DNA of 64,000 bases from a virus (IMGVR_UViG_3300031229_000003:3415-67414); one strand, 5' to 3'. Counted from the first letter of the stretch, positions 43,373-52,647 are shown. Numbers and translations: made by a program. The notes: generated by a model not told the origin, from the sequence alone.

Positions 43373-45720
43373 CGTCCCTCTGCCCAGAACTGTGTTGGGG
43401 GGCTTGCAAGAATGTTCATGGACACTCCGGCATCGTGGGCAACGCGGCACTCAAGATAATCCGAGGCCGCCAGCTCATAGAGTGTCGTAACGTTCTGCGA
43501 CCGAAATATGGCGGCGGCGCCGGTATCCACCTCGCGGACGGTGGCGAGCTCCGTCGTCCCGTTGAGGTAGATGCGAAGCGTCGTGTTCACGCCTCCCGTG
43601 CCCACAGGCACCTCCCAATCGACGCCGCACCCGACGAGGTAACGACCGGCGTGTCCGCTCGGGATCGTGATCCGCGAGGGGTTGGTCGAGGTGTCGTGGA
43701 AGGCGGCGTCGTCGAAGTCTTCGACTTCAAACGTCACCGCATGTAGGCCCCCGCTAGGGATGCTCTGCTGGGGGTTCTTTCGAACTCGGACTGCGGGGTG
43801 ATCGCCGGAGCCGCCGCCGCCACCAGCGCCCGCGCGGTAGCCGGCGCCGCCGGCGTGGAGGACGAGCCGAGCCTTGACCGGGAGCTGCGCGGTCGCCGCG
43901 CCGTTGAAGGCGAACACATGGGCCGCGTCGGTCCAGTGCTGCAAGCGGACCGTGGTCTCCTCAGCGAGCGTGAGCTGACCGATCAGCATCGTCGTGGTCG
44001 AGTCGCCTCCGGTGCTGTTGTAGCTCCATGCGCCGGTGCCGGTCAGCAACGGTGCAGCGGCGCCGACGTCGTAGAGGCGGAGACCGTGGCCGAGGCACCG
44101 GTGACAGGCCGCCGTCGCCCACACCTGGTAGGTGCCGGGCGGAACGATGAGGTCGCCGGTCGACAGGGTCGCCCCGATCCCGTTGACGACGAGGTCGTCG
44201 AGGCCCCGGTCGTTCCAGGTACTCGCCGTGCTGGCGCCGCCCGTCGTCTCGTCAACGACCAGGATGTCGGGCGTCGTGTCGCCGCTCAGGGTGACCTCGG
44301 TCCCGACGATGCCGGCGAGCCCGTCGGCGTCGGTCCGCGACCGGAAAAAGTGCACCGTCCCGCCGGCGCCCACCGATCCGTTCTCCGCGTTCAAACTCCA
44401 GCCGATCTTCACCGGGACACCGGGCAGGGTGTGGCTGACACCGGTGGAGGTGAAGTGGACGCAGTCCCCGGAGTACCAGGCGGTGAGGTTCTTCGTCGAG
44501 TCGACGTAGCGCCACTGGAGACACGGGGCTTGCGGCTTCGGGTCGAGGTACGAGCTGAGCGTCACCCGCGCCGCCCACGTGGCCGTGTACGAGGTGTGCT
44601 GGAGCCACTGGACGGCGCCGCTCTCGCGGAGGTACAGGTGCTCGAGCTGCGTCGGGCTGGCGACCGTGCCGGAGGCGAGCACGGAGATCCCCGCCGCGGC
44701 GAAGTTGGAGTTCTCGTGGGGCGTGACCGATGCGGTGAGGACCCAATCGCCGCTCGGCGGATCCACCCACTGCGCACGGATGTTGTTCCCGCTGGCGGGG
44801 GGTGCTGTCGCGTGCGCGGCACCGGCGAAGATCGACTTCGTCGTCGTCGACCAGTTGCCGGCCTCCCAGTTCAGGGTCTCGACGCCGAGCTCGTACTCCT
44901 CGCAGAGCTCGCACTCTGGCGGCTGGGCGCGGGGGTCGTAGCCGAGGTTCGACACCAGTGGCGAGACGCCGGCCTCCTGCTCGATCCAGACCTCCGTATA
45001 GACCTCGGGCTCCCCTGGCGAGCCCACGGTTCCGGAGGCGACCCCGAAGTCGATTCCCGACGCGTTGTCCTTCTCTTCGATCCATTGCTCCAGAGTGAGC
45101 TCGGTCGGCTCCGCGAGCGAAATGCGGCAGACGAGGATCGCGACGCCACTCTGCTGTGAGGGGTCGCTCTGCGCGAAGCTGTTCTCTCCAAGACACAACG
45201 TCGTGGTGGCACCGGATCGAAGCCGCAGACGGTGCCGCAGAACGGCGTGGACCGGGCCAAACGCCGTGACCCGGAAGTCGCCGGCCGGGACCGTGAGCTC
45301 CGACGTCGAGGCGTTGAGTGAAGCGCCAGAGATCGAGTTGTAGACGACGGTGTCGAGGGTTCGCTTGACCCAGGCGAGCTCGGCGCTCGCGTCGCCGCCG
45401 TTCGTTCCGACGGGCTCCTCGTGGCGAGCGTAGAGCAGGGGAAAGATCACGCCCTCCGCGCCCGACTCCCCGCCACCGGACAAGGCGACCCACTCGCCGG
45501 TGGCGGTCCCCGGGTCCCAGACGCAGCGGTAGAGGACCTGCTCGTCGGCGGCGACGCGGTGATGATCGGCCGCGCGGTCGTCGCAGAGCGGCAGGCTCGC
45601 GACGTCGGCCACCGTCTCGCGCCAGATCCGGGCCGCCGGCGGGTTGAGCCGGCCGAGCTCCTGGGCGCCGAGGCAGCCGGCGACAAGGACCGCGACGAGG
45701 ACGCCGATCGAGCGCTTCAT
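43369..45720 (-). CDS. exported/lipoprotein with C1q/TNF-like and lectin-like beta domains (783 aa)
   Basis: MKRSIGVLVAVLVAGC signal/lipobox; three related segments (LTVPAGDFRV, LIVPPGTYQV, ITIPSGHAGRYLV). Confidence 0.7.
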   Translation of the reverse strand: MKRSIGVLVAVLVAGCLGAQELGRLNPPAARIWRETVADVASLPLCDDRAADHHRVAADEQVLYRCVWDPGTATGEWVALSGGGESGAEGVIFPLLYARHEEPVGTNGGDASAELAWVKRTLDTVVYNSISGASLNASTSELTVPAGDFRVTAFGPVHAVLRHRLRLRSGATTTLCLGENSFAQSDPSQQSGVAILVCRISLAEPTELTLEQWIEEKDNASGIDFGVASGTVGSPGEPEVYTEVWIEQEAGVSPLVSNLGYDPRAQPPECELCEEYELGVETLNWEAGNWSTTTKSIFAGAAHATAPPASGNNIRAQWVDPPSGDWVLTASVTPHENSNFAAAGISVLASGTVASPTQLEHLYLRESGAVQWLQHTSYTATWAARVTLSSYLDPKPQAPCLQWRYVDSTKNLTAWYSGDCVHFTSTGVSHTLPGVPVKIGWSLNAENGSVGAGGTVHFFRSRTDADGLAGIVGTEVTLSGDTTPDILVVDETTGGASTASTWNDRGLDDLVVNGIGATLSTGDLIVPPGTYQVWATAACHRCLGHGLRLYDVGAAAPLLTGTGAWSYNSTGGDSTTTMLIGQLTLAEETTVRLQHWTDAAHVFAFNGAATAQLPVKARLVLHAGGAGYRAGAGGGGGSGDHPAVRVRKNPQQSIPSGGLHAVTFEVEDFDDAAFHDTSTNPSRITIPSGHAGRYLVGCGVDWEVPVGTGGVNTTLRIYLNGTTELATVREVDTGAAAIFRSQNVTTLYELAASDYLECRVAHDAGVSMNILASPPTQFWAEGR

Positions 45721-46136
45721 GCGGCCACCGTCCCGCGCTGGACGACGCGCCGGATCGCGAGCTCGGGGGTGTGCGAGCCCTCGAACGTCTCGCTGCCCTC
45801 GAACACCCAGACGGCGTACTCGACGTGGTTGTAAATGAAGCGCTTGGCCTCGAGGGGAGCTCGATCAATCAACGTGACGAACGTCGCGACGGGCTCCGGC
45901 TCGTAGCGCTCCTGTCCCTCCGGTGGGTAGTGGTCGCCGACGACGAAGACCGAGATCGCCCAGCCCGAGCGGAGCCGGCCGGTTTTGACCGGGTGCTCCG
46001 GGTCGCTGATGATCTCGGCGTAGAGCGCGAACGTGATGCCGTTGACGATCAGTGTCGCCTTCCGGCGCATCTCTGGCACTCGACCGCGCAGGTTGACCCG
46101 GAAGCGATGCGCCCGCACGGGCCGCCCGAGCGTCAC
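45717..46136 (-). CDS. HK97 gp10-like tail component
   Basis: HPVKTGRLRSGW...YNHVEYAVWVFEG. Confidence 0.8.
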   Translation of the reverse strand: MTLGRPVRAHRFRVNLRGRVPEMRRKATLIVNGITFALYAEIISDPEHPVKTGRLRSGWAISVFVVGDHYPPEGQERYEPEPVATFVTLIDRAPLEAKRFIYNHVEYAVWVFEGSETFEGSHTPELAIRRVVQRGTVAA

Positions 46137-46537
46137 GCCGTCCTCCGGCGTGTGTCGGCCGTCTCGCGGCGGTTGCCGGCATGCGCCTCGTAGAGGATGG
46201 GAACGCCGCCGGGCTCCACCGGGCCCGGCTGGACGACGACGACCTTGCGGCCGCCGACCTCGAGCAGGTCGTCGCGGCTCAACGTGAACGGCTCGCCCCA
46301 GGCGCTGCCGGTCCACTCGAGGGCAGCGAGCGTCACCTGGACATCGTCGAGGAGGATGTTCTCGCCGTCGACTTGCTGCGGCCGGAACTGCTCGAGGACC
46401 CCGTACGTGAGCCGCTCGGTCCAGCCGGTCCGGACGTCGCCCGTATAGACCGGCTGATGGACCGTGACCGGAAGCTCGACCTCGAGGCGGATCCGCTCCG
46501 CGGCCTCCAGACGCTTCGTGGCGGCGTCGAGTGCCAT
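46133..46537 (-). CDS. head closure/head-tail adaptor
   Basis: Position; VDGENILLDD...GRKVVVV...PGGVPILY. Confidence 0.7.
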   Translation of the reverse strand: MALDAATKRLEAAERIRLEVELPVTVHQPVYTGDVRTGWTERLTYGVLEQFRPQQVDGENILLDDVQVTLAALEWTGSAWGEPFTLSRDDLLEVGGRKVVVVQPGPVEPGGVPILYEAHAGNRRETADTRRRTA

Positions 46538-47049
46538 CAGGCCCCCCGCTCGAGCTCCACGCCGAACCGGACGAGGCCGTGCAACAAGACCTCGACGGCC
46601 GGGTAGAGCCGCTGCTTCGTGTAGGCGTGGCTGAACTCGCTGACGAGCGACCGGCCGGTCGTCTCCTTGGTCACCCCGCGCTTGTCCTCGACGACGTGAC
46701 CGAGCGGTTCACCGGCGGCGGAGAGCTCGGCCGCCTCGAAGGTGGCGTTCTTCCAGCGCTCGGGGACCTCGGCGCCGGGGATCCGCCGCTCCTCGTACCA
46801 GACGCCGTAGCGGGGCCAGAGCAGGCCCTGCTCGCGGAACGCGCGGCGGCCGTCCATCTTCTCGCGGGCCCAGTTCTCGACGTACTCGGTGCCGCGGAGC
46901 AGGTGGATGTCCTGATCGGCCGCCGAGAGGGCGGTGAACCGCGTGCGGCCCCGACGAGTGAGCCAGGCCTCGGCTTCGGCCGAGTCGGCGTAGACGATCG
47001 CCGTCGGCTTGCCGCTGCCATCCTCGATCTCGTCGGGGTCGAAGGCCAC
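46537..47049 (-). CDS. head-tail connector (DnaT-like family)
   Basis: YADSAEAEAWL...LLRGTEY..GRR...QGLLWPR...VPERWKNATFEAA. Confidence 0.8.
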   Translation of the reverse strand: MAFDPDEIEDGSGKPTAIVYADSAEAEAWLTRRGRTRFTALSAADQDIHLLRGTEYVENWAREKMDGRRAFREQGLLWPRYGVWYEERRIPGAEVPERWKNATFEAAELSAAGEPLGHVVEDKRGVTKETTGRSLVSEFSHAYTKQRLYPAVEVLLHGLVRFGVELERGA

Positions 47050-47062
47050 GTCGTCTCCAGAG

Positions 47063-47575
47063 TCAGCCGCGGACGGCGTCCGCGCGGGCGGGCATCGCGC
47101 GCCGGCGCATCTCGGCGTCGATCACCGCCTTGAGCTGCTCGACGGTGAGCTCCTGGCTCGGCGCCTGGCCGGTGACCTCCCGGACCTGGCCGCGCCAGTA
47201 GGCGAGATCGTCGTCGGAGGCCTTCGCCCCCTTCGGGCGCCAGCGGCCGGCCGCGTGGCCGCCCTCGACGTCGGCCTTCGGGATCTCCCCCTCGAGGGTC
47301 TTGCCGTCGTTGCCGACGGTCCACGGGTAGCCCCAGCGGTGGATCGTCTCGCCCGGCGTCATCGGCCGGGCGGCGAAGCACACGCAGGTCGTCGTCTTGC
47401 CCTTCGGCTTGACCGCGGGCTCCGGATCGGAACCCTCGGCCGCCTTCGCCTCGGACTTTGCCTTCGCGGCCTCGTCGTCCTTCGCTGCGGCCGCGGCCTT
47501 CGCGGCCTCGTCGTCCTTCGCTGCGGCCGCGGCCTTCGCGGCCTCGTCGTCCTTGGACTTCGCGCTTCCTGCCAT
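47063..47575 (-). CDS. hypothetical capsid-associated protein with Ala/Lys/Asp repeats and HeH-like end
   Basis: (AAAAKDDEAAKA)n; ELTVEQLKAVID; immediately after the capsid gene. Confidence 0.7.
   Translation of the reverse strand: MAGSAKSKDDEAAKAAAAAKDDEAAKAAAAAKDDEAAKAKSEAKAAEGSDPEPAVKPKGKTTTCVCFAARPMTPGETIHRWGYPWTVGNDGKTLEGEIPKADVEGGHAAGRWRPKGAKASDDDLAYWRGQVREVTGQAPSQELTVEQLKAVIDAEMRRRAMPARADAVRG
47461..47554. repeat. in-frame 36-bp tandem repeat x2.6
   Basis: Unit ccttcgcggcctcgtcgtccttcgctgcggccgcgg. Confidence 0.9.
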
Positions 47576-47658
47576 CGGTTCCTCCAGTCGTCGGGGGCGG
47601 CCGGCCGCTCGTCGCCAGCCGCCCGTCTCGGGTTCGACTACGGTGGCTCAGCCGCCGG

Positions 47659-48606
47659 CTACGTGGTCTCGAGCGAGGCGAGCCGGGCCAGGGCCCGGCG
47701 GTTGAAGTTGACGAAGTTCGTGTACCACTTCACCCGCCAGATCTCCTCGTCGAGGGTTTCCGAGGTGCCGACCTCCTCGACCATGATCCCCGCCTCGCTG
47801 TTGCCGGGGTAGATCGCGCTCAGGCCGACCTTGCGCGTACCGTCGTCCCAGACGCCGGCCCACAGCGAGGTCATGTCGCCCCCGGTGAGCGCCGCGGCGT
47901 TGGCCGTCTCCGCGATCGACAGGTAGTCGTTGCGGAAGAACGGGATCCCCTCGTAGGTGAGGACGGTGCGCTCGGTGCCGTCGGGCATCTTGACGACGAT
48001 CGTCGTCGGGTCCGCGCCGCCCAGGGCGCGGTAGAGCGCCTTGAACTTCCGGAGCAGCACCCTGTGGCCCATGATGAAGTCGACCTCGCCGTCCTTGGCG
48101 AGCACCAGGTCGAGCAGCTCGTCCATGAGCTCGAACGACAGCGCCCGCGCGACGCCGGAGGCGGTCGCGAACTGCTCGCTGTCGACGAGCGAGTGAAGCG
48201 AGTGCATCGAGGGGGCGACGCCCGTGCCCTGGGCCATCTGGGTCTGGAAGAGCCGGGCCACGGTCTTCGACTTCGACGAGATCTCCTGGCTCGTCATGTC
48301 GACGCCGTCGGACTCCCCCTGGACCTGGACGAGGTTGTCCATGTCGACCTGGCCGATCAGCTTCGTCGCGGTGAACGACGCGGGCTGGGCCTGCGAGGGC
48401 GTACGGTGGGTGATCGTGTCGGAGACGCCGTAGAGCCCGGCGTCGCCGAGGGCGAGCTCTCGGTTGACGGTGACCGCGTCGCCCGAGTAGTCCTGGAACG
48501 GCAGGAAGTTGAAGATGGGGTTGACCGTGATGATGTCCTCGGCCACCCCGCCCACCAGGTCGTCCTGGACGAACTTGGCGAGCTCGGCGAGAGTCTGGGT
48601 CGTCAC
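47659..48606 (-). CDS. major capsid protein
   Basis: 315 aa after the scaffold; TLAELAK...LPF...NRE...YEGIPFFRNDY...RVKWY...ALARL. Confidence 0.88.
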   Translation of the reverse strand: MTTQTLAELAKFVQDDLVGGVAEDIITVNPIFNFLPFQDYSGDAVTVNRELALGDAGLYGVSDTITHRTPSQAQPASFTATKLIGQVDMDNLVQVQGESDGVDMTSQEISSKSKTVARLFQTQMAQGTGVAPSMHSLHSLVDSEQFATASGVARALSFELMDELLDLVLAKDGEVDFIMGHRVLLRKFKALYRALGGADPTTIVVKMPDGTERTVLTYEGIPFFRNDYLSIAETANAAALTGGDMTSLWAGVWDDGTRKVGLSAIYPGNSEAGIMVEEVGTSETLDEEIWRVKWYTNFVNFNRRALARLASLETT

Positions 48607-48652
48607 GTCGGGTCTCCTGTCGAGGAAACCCGAGGGGCCTCACGCGGCGACG

Positions 48653-49486
48653 CTACGAGGCGGCCTGCGATCCCTTCTGCTTGCGCAGTCCCTTGGCGAT
48701 GCGGCGCTGGCCCGTGGCGCTGCCACGTTCCTGGCCGGTCGTCGAGGTCGGTCGCAGGTTGCGGCGGGTCGGGCCCGAGGGGTCCTCGAACCACACGCCG
48801 CTCTTCGTCCCCTTCTCCTGGATCTGGCGCAGGTAGCCCTCGATCCGCACCGGCTTGCCGTCCTCGCCCACGAGAGGGGTCTTGCCCTCCGGGTCCTGCT
48901 CGAGGTCGGGGATGTAGGGCTGGAACTTCTCGTCGAGTCGAGCCACGGTGCGCACGTGGAGGACGACGTCGTCGTGGGCGGGCTCCTTGAACCCGCCGAT
49001 CCGAGACATCGCCGCCCGCGTGCCGCCTTCGAGACGCTCGGTCTCGAGCTCACGACGCATGACCGTCGTCTCGTCGGTCAGCTTCGTCGCTTTCTCGCCG
49101 GTCGCCTTCAGCTGTGCCTTGACGTGGGGGAGGTCGGTGCGCAGCACCTTGATCTTGCGGTCGCCGAGCTCGATCTCGCCCAACCGCTGCTCGATCAGCT
49201 CCTCGACCCGCTCGCCGTGGGCTCCCTCTTCGAGCTTGCGGCGCAGCTCCTCGATCTCCTCCTCTTTCTTCGCGGCCTCTTCAGGGGACAGTCCGCCCTC
49301 GCGTTGACGCTGGAGCTCCTCGAGCTTCCGGGTCAAGTCGAGGTTCTTCTGCCGGAAGTCGTCGAACTCGGCCGCCGGGCGGTAGCCCGCCACGTCGAGA
49401 TAGAACTCGCCGTTGACCTCCTTGAGGTCGTCGCGAGCCCACTCCGGAGCCTCGTCTCTCGTCTTCCACTTGGTCGGAAGCGTCAT
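48653..49486 (-). CDS. capsid scaffolding protein
   Basis: Coiled coil; FYLDVAG...EFRQKN; WFE..SG near the C-terminus; directly upstream of the capsid gene. Confidence 0.8.
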   Translation of the reverse strand: MTLPTKWKTRDEAPEWARDDLKEVNGEFYLDVAGYRPAAEFDDFRQKNLDLTRKLEELQRQREGGLSPEEAAKKEEEIEELRRKLEEGAHGERVEELIEQRLGEIELGDRKIKVLRTDLPHVKAQLKATGEKATKLTDETTVMRRELETERLEGGTRAAMSRIGGFKEPAHDDVVLHVRTVARLDEKFQPYIPDLEQDPEGKTPLVGEDGKPVRIEGYLRQIQEKGTKSGVWFEDPSGPTRRNLRPTSTTGQERGSATGQRRIAKGLRKQKGSQAAS

Positions 49487-49640
49487 CGTTCTCCTTCGCG
49501 GCCGGCCCCCGGCCGCTAGCTGTCCCCCGGACAGCGCGGTTCACGTCCAGCAGGACCGATCCCCCGAACGGACGCCCCGCGTCCGCGCTGCCACCCCCGG
49601 TGGCCGGTCGATCGGAGCTGAAGGCTTCTCACGGGACAAG

Positions 49641-49670
49641 GTTCTACACGATGGCCGGCGCCGGCGTCAA
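49641..49670 (-). promoter_or_regulatory. candidate promoter for the head/tail operon (TTGACG-18-TAGAAC)
   Basis: Located in the intergenic gap about 150 nt upstream of the scaffold gene. Confidence 0.45.
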
Positions 49671-49931
49671 GCGGGGGGGGTCGGGTAGAGTCCGCGCCGG
49701 CCTGGTGCACGACGCCGTCGGCGGGCCACGCACGTGCCCTGCTACGCGGGATGGAACTTCCCGGCCAGGTCAACTCTCGCGGCGTCGTTGATTTGCCTCG
49801 GTCGGCCCCAGCCGCTTCAAATCTGGGAACCGCCGAGGACTTACGGACGTGGCCCGTCTCCGCGGCCGGTGAAGCGGAACCGACCGGGTCGAGCCGCGAC
49901 GGGCTGGTCGCCGCGGCGGGGACCGAGTGAC

Positions 49932-50714
49932 CTACGATCCTACACGACGCTCGTCGGGAGCGCCCGGCAAGGGGCGACTGCGCTTGCGCCGCCGGTTCGG
50001 CTGCGCCCGGACGAGCCCGGCGGCGCGCAGGTAGAGGTAGACGGTCGGCTTGCTCACCCCGGTCGCGGCGACGATCGCGGCGTACGTCGCACCGGTCTGG
50101 CGCAGCTCGACGACGAGCGCCCGGCGCCGAAGTCGCTGCCGAACGTCTTCGGTCGGCGCGGTCCACTTCTTGGCTCGCTGGGCGGTCGCAGGGTCGCGGC
50201 GCAGGTCGGCCGTCCAGCGCTTGACGCTGCGCCGGGAGACGTCGAGCCGCTTGGCGATCGCCGGTACTCCGAAACCCTGGCGGTAGAGTCCTCGGGCGCC
50301 CTCCTCGAGGACGGTGTAATCGCGTCGGGCCTGGACCTTGCGGCGGGCCCGCTGGCTCGCGCTCTTGTCTCGGAGGAGGCCGCGCTCCCGAAGGCGAGTC
50401 GCCACCCACTCGTGGCTCGGTCCGTCGCCATCGAGCTCGCGAGCGAGCTGCTCGGCGACCGCGCGACAAGACAGCCGCTGCTCGAGGTAGAGCTCCAGGG
50501 TCCGCGGGATCAGTGCAGCGGACCACGAAGGCGAGACGTTGCGCATCTCCCCGCCCTTCGCCACGATGCCGTAGACCCAGGAGACCGAGACGCCGAGCTC
50601 GACGGCGACCTGCTCGAGCGAGCGACCGCTGCGGTAGAGATCAAGTGCCGATCGGCGACGACGCGCACCGTAGCGACGACGGCTCACCGGCGACGAAACG
50701 TCTTGCGCATCCAC
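49932..50714 (-). CDS. protein with four tandem helix-turn-helix units
   Basis: LYRSGRSLEQVAVELGVS; LYLEQRLSCRAVAEQL; LYRQGFGVPAIAKRLDVS; LRQTGATYAAIVAATGVS. Confidence 0.8.
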   Translation of the reverse strand: MDAQDVSSPVSRRRYGARRRRSALDLYRSGRSLEQVAVELGVSVSWVYGIVAKGGEMRNVSPSWSAALIPRTLELYLEQRLSCRAVAEQLARELDGDGPSHEWVATRLRERGLLRDKSASQRARRKVQARRDYTVLEEGARGLYRQGFGVPAIAKRLDVSRRSVKRWTADLRRDPATAQRAKKWTAPTEDVRQRLRRRALVVELRQTGATYAAIVAATGVSKPTVYLYLRAAGLVRAQPNRRRKRSRPLPGAPDERRVGS

Positions 50715-50884
50715 GAGCGCCAGGCCTCACCCGGGGTCGCCTCGCCGAAGACCGACCCGAACCCGCCCGGCGTCGCTTCGTCCTCGCGGCGCCGCCGACG
50801 CCGTTCTCGCCGCTCGCGGATCGTCCGGGCCTCGGCTCGCTTCCGGCGCCGGCGGGCGGATCGGTTCTTCGCCGCGCGGCCCAT
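50684..50884 (-). CDS. Arg-rich basic small protein (66 aa)
   Basis: Start coupled to the upstream stop (TGATG). Confidence 0.45.
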   Translation of the reverse strand: MGRAAKNRSARRRRKRAEARTIRERRERRRRRREDEATPGGFGSVFGEATPGEAWRSWMRKTFRRR

Positions 50885-51381
50885 CAGTTGACACCCTCCG
50901 GCACCGACGTGTCCATCTCGGCGATGTTCGCGGCCGTCGCGTTGGCCCCCAGGTACTCCTTGACGTTCACGAGGACTTGGGCCCGGATCTCCTCCTCGTC
51001 GTCGCACCCGAGCGTGGCCTGGGCGACCGCGAGCTGACCGAGGACGACGCCAGCCCGGGCCTTGCCGAGCGTCGTGATCTTGACCCGCGTCGGAGCGTCG
51101 ATCCCGGTCTTCGGGTTTCGTATGTGCGCTCGGCGTGCCTCCTCGACGACCTCGGAGATCTCCCGTAGGTACGCCGCGCCGGCGGTGCCGACGTTCTGCA
51201 GCGCTCGGTGAGAGCGCTGGAAGCGGCGAAGATCGCGCTGGGTCTGGAGCGCGGTCGAGATCAGGCGGCCGCCGAAGTCGGCGATCCATCGGAGCCGCTC
51301 CTCGTCGGTCTGCGCCGCGGCGTAGGCCATCGCGGCCTCGGTCAACTCCTCGGGAGTGAGGGTCCTGCGAGATCCGGTCAT
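50884..51381 (-). CDS. hypothetical protein
   Basis: GGAGG RBS; helical. Confidence 0.65.
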   Translation of the reverse strand: MTGSRRTLTPEELTEAAMAYAAAQTDEERLRWIADFGGRLISTALQTQRDLRRFQRSHRALQNVGTAGAAYLREISEVVEEARRAHIRNPKTGIDAPTRVKITTLGKARAGVVLGQLAVAQATLGCDDEEEIRAQVLVNVKEYLGANATAANIAEMDTSVPEGVN

Positions 51382-52311
51382 CGTCGCCTCCGTGCGGTGA
51401 GGGGGGGGATGAAGGGGTGTGGGTGGGGTTCCTCGAGATCGTACAGATCCAGGCCGTTGAGGTCAAGCGGGGTCCGGCACGGGCGTTGCTACGCGCGCCC
51501 GCCGGTAGTACTCCTCACCGGGTCTAACCCCGCCTGTACACCCTCACGTAGTAGATGTTCTCTGACGCTAACTCTATGGATGGGGTGGAGGTGGATGGGG
51601 GGTCCGGGGGGAAGGCGGAGGCGGGGAAGGGTAGGGGCCTCCCGAGCTAAATCGTCTCAACAAGCCGTAAGCGGTGGCGGGTCAGGCGGTTTCGATAGGT
51701 CAAACTACGTTGAAGCGAGGACTGAGCGACCTATTTAGACGGGTGTCGCAAATCGGGGAGGCCGATTTAGACGCGGAGGGGTCACCCCCGGGCAATGATC
51801 GTGCCACCGGCGTAGTCACCTGGTGTCAGCGACTTACGACGACTTTTCGCGTTTCAGTGCCCGTTGACCACATCTGAAACGTCCTCTCCAGGGTACGTCA
51901 TTTGATGAGGACGATCGGTATTTACGGTTTTTTGGATCCGTCGATCTCATTAGCCTGACCACTTCAAAGCCCTTGCTGGCGGACTTTGTCCGCTTCCGGT
52001 CTAACGATTCAAAATCCCGTAAATAGGCGGTACTGCGGCAGGTGTCCTCTTTAAATGACCCTACGGTCAAGTTGGCGGTGTCATTTGGAGAGGTCAAACG
52101 CTCGTTGGCACCATTCGTAACAGAAAAACGGACGACTGTGCGTGGTTGAAGCGCTCACTCGCTGGGCGGGTCGCTGCAAGCCATTGGGAGCGAAGCGGAT
52201 CCGCAGCGCGACTTTCTTTGTCGATTTAGAGCGTCCGTGGCCTATCAAGACAAAAGACCGCCCCGCGCGGCCGGCAGCACCCGCCGCCAGGGCGCGGAGG
52301 GGCCTCTGGGC
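51382..52311. other. about 930-bp apparently non-coding, lower-GC region with G-runs and short repeats
   Basis: No convincing ORF; AT-rich stretches at 51890-52130; G-tract clusters; CTAAAT(C/A)G x4. Confidence 0.65.
51438..51466 (-). promoter_or_regulatory. sigma70-like promoter TTGACC-17-TACGAT
   Basis: -10 at 51438-51443, -35 at 51461-51466, upstream of the 3-gene HTH unit. Confidence 0.6.
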
Positions 52312-52647
52312 CTAAATACGCTCCTCGACCCGCTGGCGCAGCAGTGCGAGAGCGATGTCCTTCCGGCGGTGACGAACCTCGAGCGACGAGCCGTCCGGGA
52401 GCGTCGCGATCGCTCGACCTTCCTTGCCGATCCAGCGTACCGGGACACGGAGCGGGCGGCGGCGAACGCCGGTGGGGCGTTCCTCCGACCGCGGTTCGCG
52501 GAGATCGCGGGCGAGGATGCGCCGGTGGTAGGTGACCGTCGAGAGGGGCACCTTGTACGCCTCAGCGACCCGGCGAGGACGGACGCCGCGGGCCAGCATC
52601 GCACGCAGGCCCTCGATCTCGACGGGCTGGAGGCGGCGTCTCGACAC
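52312..52647 (-). CDS. helix-turn-helix protein
   Basis: LRAMLARGVRPRRVAEAYKVPLSTVTYHRR. Confidence 0.7.
   Translation of the reverse strand: MSRRRLQPVEIEGLRAMLARGVRPRRVAEAYKVPLSTVTYHRRILARDLREPRSEERPTGVRRRPLRVPVRWIGKEGRAIATLPDGSSLEVRHRRKDIALALLRQRVEERI

Noticed and set aside
27720-45720. Diversity-generating retroelement acting on tail or fibre genes
   Set aside because: No reverse transcriptase and no template/variable repeat pair noticed
47588-47630. GC-rich hairpin after the capsid gene as an intrinsic terminator
   Set aside because: A stem is present but there is no U-tract on the coding strand; may only stabilise the mRNA
51834-52097. 87-aa minus-strand ORF in the AT-rich gap
   Set aside because: TTG start without RBS, atypical codon usage and no motif; treated as non-coding
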